Position numbers and translations under genes: made by a program. Below are positions 61,931 to 64,000 of a DNA stretch of 64,000 nt, one piece after another. The DNA comes from an uncultured delta proteobacterium (lineage in GTDB: Bacteria > Desulfobacterota > Desulfobaccia > Desulfobaccales > 0-14-0-80-60-11). A model generated the notes under the pieces. The model had not been told where the DNA came from and ran no database searches. It saw only the letters and a list, made by a program, of their open reading frames with translations. Position 1 is the first letter of the stretch, and each line of letters starts with the position of its first letter. The stretch is taken from the NCBI GenBank assembly GCA_963768765.1, contig CAVYJK010000024.1, positions 26,167 to 90,166 on the forward strand, given 5' to 3'.

Positions 61931-63622
61931 ATGGAAAGACGGGCTTTGATTGCCCTTGCTTTGAGCTTTTTGGTATTTTTGGCCTTCATCTATTTTGGGC
62001 AGACGTTCCAGAAACGCCAGGCCCCCGAGGCCCCGGCGCCCGTCACCACGGCCAAGCCGGCGGCTCCAGCCCCGGCCCCGGCCCCGGTGGCCCCGGCGGC
62101 GCGCCCGGCCCCGGGTCCGCCCCCGGCGGCGCCGGCCCGGCCGGCCAAAGATATCGTGGTGGAGACCCCGCTCTTCAAGGCCGTGTTCACCGAGCTGGGG
62201 GGGTGCCTCAAAAGCTTCCAGTTGAAAAAGTACCTGGAGAGCATGCCCTTCAAGCCCATCTCCAACTTCAAGCTGGGTCCCGTGTCCTTTGAGCTGGAGC
62301 GCTACCAGGCCCCCCAGCAGGCCGGGGCCCGGCCCAAGGAGCTGGTGCGGGCCGGGAGAAATCAGGAACTCCCCCTGGGCCTGGCCTGGGAAGGCAAGAA
62401 TCTGGACGTGCCGGCCACCCTGCTCTGCCAAGCCTCCCGGCCGGGGCTCAACCTCAAGGCCGGCGAGAAGGGCACCTTGAAATTCACCTGCACCAGTCCC
62501 CAGGGGGTGGCTTTCACCAAGACCTTCAGTTTCAACAGCGATTCCTACAGCTTTGACCTGGCAGTGACCCTGGCGAACCACACCGGCCAGCCCCTGGAAG
62601 GGCAGCTTTCCCTGGAGCTCAGCGAGAACTATGCCGATGTAGAGGCCTCCCGCTTCCATTTTCTGGGGTTCAACGGCTCCGTCAACCACCACTGGGATGA
62701 CATCAAGAGCGGCAGCCTGAAAGAACCCAAGACCTTCACCGGCAAGGTGGACTGGGCCGGCCTGGACGAAGGCTACTTTTTGACCGCCATCGTGCCCGCG
62801 GTCCCCAAGGCCGTGGTCACCTTGCAGGAGAGACTTCCCGGCCCCATGGTGGCCGCGGTGAAGACCCCGGTGGAGGCCCTGCCGCCGGGTCAGGAAACCC
62901 AGGCGACCTACCTCCTCTATTTCGGGCCCAAAGACCTGAACTACCTCAAACCCCTGGGGTTGGACGGGGCGGTGAACTTCGGCTGGTTCGATTTCCTGGG
63001 CAAACCCCTGCTGCACGTTTTGAAATTTTTTGAGCGTTATGCCTTTAACTACGGCTGGGCCATTATCATCCTGACCTTCCTCATTCGCATAGTCTTCTTC
63101 TACCCCAACCACAAAAGCTACAAGTCCATGAAGGACATGCAGAAGCTGCAGCCCAAGGTGGCCAAGATCCGGGAGAAATACAAGGACGACAAGGAGGCCA
63201 TGAACAAGGAACTCATGGCCCTGTACCGCACTTTCAAGGTCAACCCCATGGCCGGCTGCCTGCCCATGCTGCTGCAACTGCCGGTGTTCATCGCCCTCTA
63301 CAACGTGCTGGGCTACGCCATCGAAATGCGCCACGCCTCCTTTATTCCAACGCTGCCCTTCACCGACATCGTCTGGCTCGCCGATCTGTCTGCCAAGGAT
63401 CCGCTCCTCGTCACCCCCCTGGTCATGGGGGCCACCATGTTCCTCCAGCAGAGAATGACCCCATCACCCGGAGATCCTACCCAGGCCAAGATGATGATGT
63501 TTTTGCCCCTGGTTTTTACTTTCCTATTTTTGAATTTTGCCTCCGGCCTGGTGATCTACTGGTTGGTCAACAACGTTCTTTCCATCATTCAGCAGCACTA
63601 CACCAACAAGTACCTTACCTAG
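61931..63622 (+). CDS. yidC: Membrane protein insertase YidC
   Basis: N-terminal TM helix, a Pro/Ala-rich linker, a periplasmic domain, and the C-terminal 60 kDa IMP core (GWAIIILTFLIR...MQKLQPK...GCLPMLLQLPVFIALY). Confidence 0.95.
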   Translation: MERRALIALALSFLVFLAFIYFGQTFQKRQAPEAPAPVTTAKPAAPAPAPAPVAPAARPAPGPPPAAPARPAKDIVVETPLFKAVFTELGGCLKSFQLKKYLESMPFKPISNFKLGPVSFELERYQAPQQAGARPKELVRAGRNQELPLGLAWEGKNLDVPATLLCQASRPGLNLKAGEKGTLKFTCTSPQGVAFTKTFSFNSDSYSFDLAVTLANHTGQPLEGQLSLELSENYADVEASRFHFLGFNGSVNHHWDDIKSGSLKEPKTFTGKVDWAGLDEGYFLTAIVPAVPKAVVTLQERLPGPMVAAVKTPVEALPPGQETQATYLLYFGPKDLNYLKPLGLDGAVNFGWFDFLGKPLLHVLKFFERYAFNYGWAIIILTFLIRIVFFYPNHKSYKSMKDMQKLQPKVAKIREKYKDDKEAMNKELMALYRTFKVNPMAGCLPMLLQLPVFIALYNVLGYAIEMRHASFIPTLPFTDIVWLADLSAKDPLLVTPLVMGATMFLQQRMTPSPGDPTQAKMMMFLPLVFTFLFLNFASGLVIYWLVNNVLSIIQQHYTNKYLT

Positions 63623-63643
63623 GTTTTTTCAGGGGATGTATGG

Positions 63644-64000
63644 ATGGAGTTTCAGGAGTTTGAAGGAAAAAGCACCGAAGAAGCCATCGAGATAGCCTGT
63701 GAACATTTCCAGGTATCGCCGGAGCAGCTGGAGATCGAGATCGTCTCCGTAGGCTCCCCCGGCCTGTTCGGGCTGGGGAGCCGCAAAGCCAGGATCCGGG
63801 CCGCCCTGCGGGGCGAGAGCCAGGAGGACCTGCTGCCTCTGGCCCAGGAGATGCTGCAGCAACTCCTGGAGAAGATGCAAGAGTCCGCCGGGGTCACCGC
63901 CGAGCAGGAGGACGACCGGATAACCCTGCGCATCGAAACCGAGGACGCGGGTCTCCTCATCGGCAAACAGGGCCAAACCCTGGATGCGTTGCAATATCTG
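63644..64000 (+). CDS. jag: Jag/KhpB-like RNA-binding protein, N-terminal part (3' end lies outside the window)
   Basis: The Jag_N sequence MEFQEFEGKSTEEAIEIACEHFQVSPEQLEIEIV...GLFGLGSRKARIRA is followed by the start of KH (LIGKQGQTLDALQYL). The gene is downstream of yidC. Confidence 0.8.
   Translation, partial: MEFQEFEGKSTEEAIEIACEHFQVSPEQLEIEIVSVGSPGLFGLGSRKARIRAALRGESQEDLLPLAQEMLQQLLEKMQESAGVTAEQEDDRITLRIETEDAGLLIGKQGQTLDALQYL

Overview
High-GC bacterial chromosome segment whose gene content points to an anaerobic Desulfobacterota-like (deltaproteobacterial-type) organism; this placement is inference from gene content only. Most of the window is conserved housekeeping DNA. It runs: guaB (3' end); an HdrL-type giant HdrA/NfnB fusion plus MvhD; the block pyrG-kdsA-kdsC-(TPR/PMT)-lptC-lptA-lptB-rpoN-hpf-ptsN-rapZ-EIIA(Man)-rimI on the minus strand; ruvB; an ABC-2 exporter; murI; rarA; dnaJ; a 2-oxoacid:ferredoxin oxidoreductase (alpha/gamma fusion plus beta); a U32 peptidase; thiC; a PHI plus HPS-RraA ribulose-monophosphate pair; pcm; mrdA-mreDCB; and rpmH-rnpA-yidD-yidC-jag. 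The accessory or unusual parts are listed below.

- An AT-rich Xre/ImmA islet with a palindromic operator (about 822-1990).
- A second AT-rich islet with two small orphan proteins (about 8640-9620).
- Two tandem TadE/TadG pseudopilin pairs with no other tad genes in the window (23276-27331).
- Two tandem TatA/TatB-like genes, each fused to a C-terminal zinc ribbon (33949-34581).
- A GT39 / ATP-grasp / PRTase / SGNH / HAD cluster containing an AT-rich SGNH gene (44842-49910).
- An in-frame TGA in mvhD at a conserved Cys position, which is probably selenocysteine.
- A modular G-rich, three-hairpin intergenic repeat family (at least 9 copies), plus several other dispersed hairpin repeat families and one MITE-like element.

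At least about 18 single-nucleotide frameshifts interrupt otherwise intact genes, several of which are normally essential (kdsA, mrdA, rnpA, thiC). This is best explained by indel errors in the assembly, so split ORFs are reported here as merged genes. I found no tRNA, rRNA or CRISPR array. No single clear novel system stands out. The best candidates are the TatA-zinc-ribbon pair, the orphan TadE/TadG duplication, the ATP-grasp/PRTase module and the repeat family.
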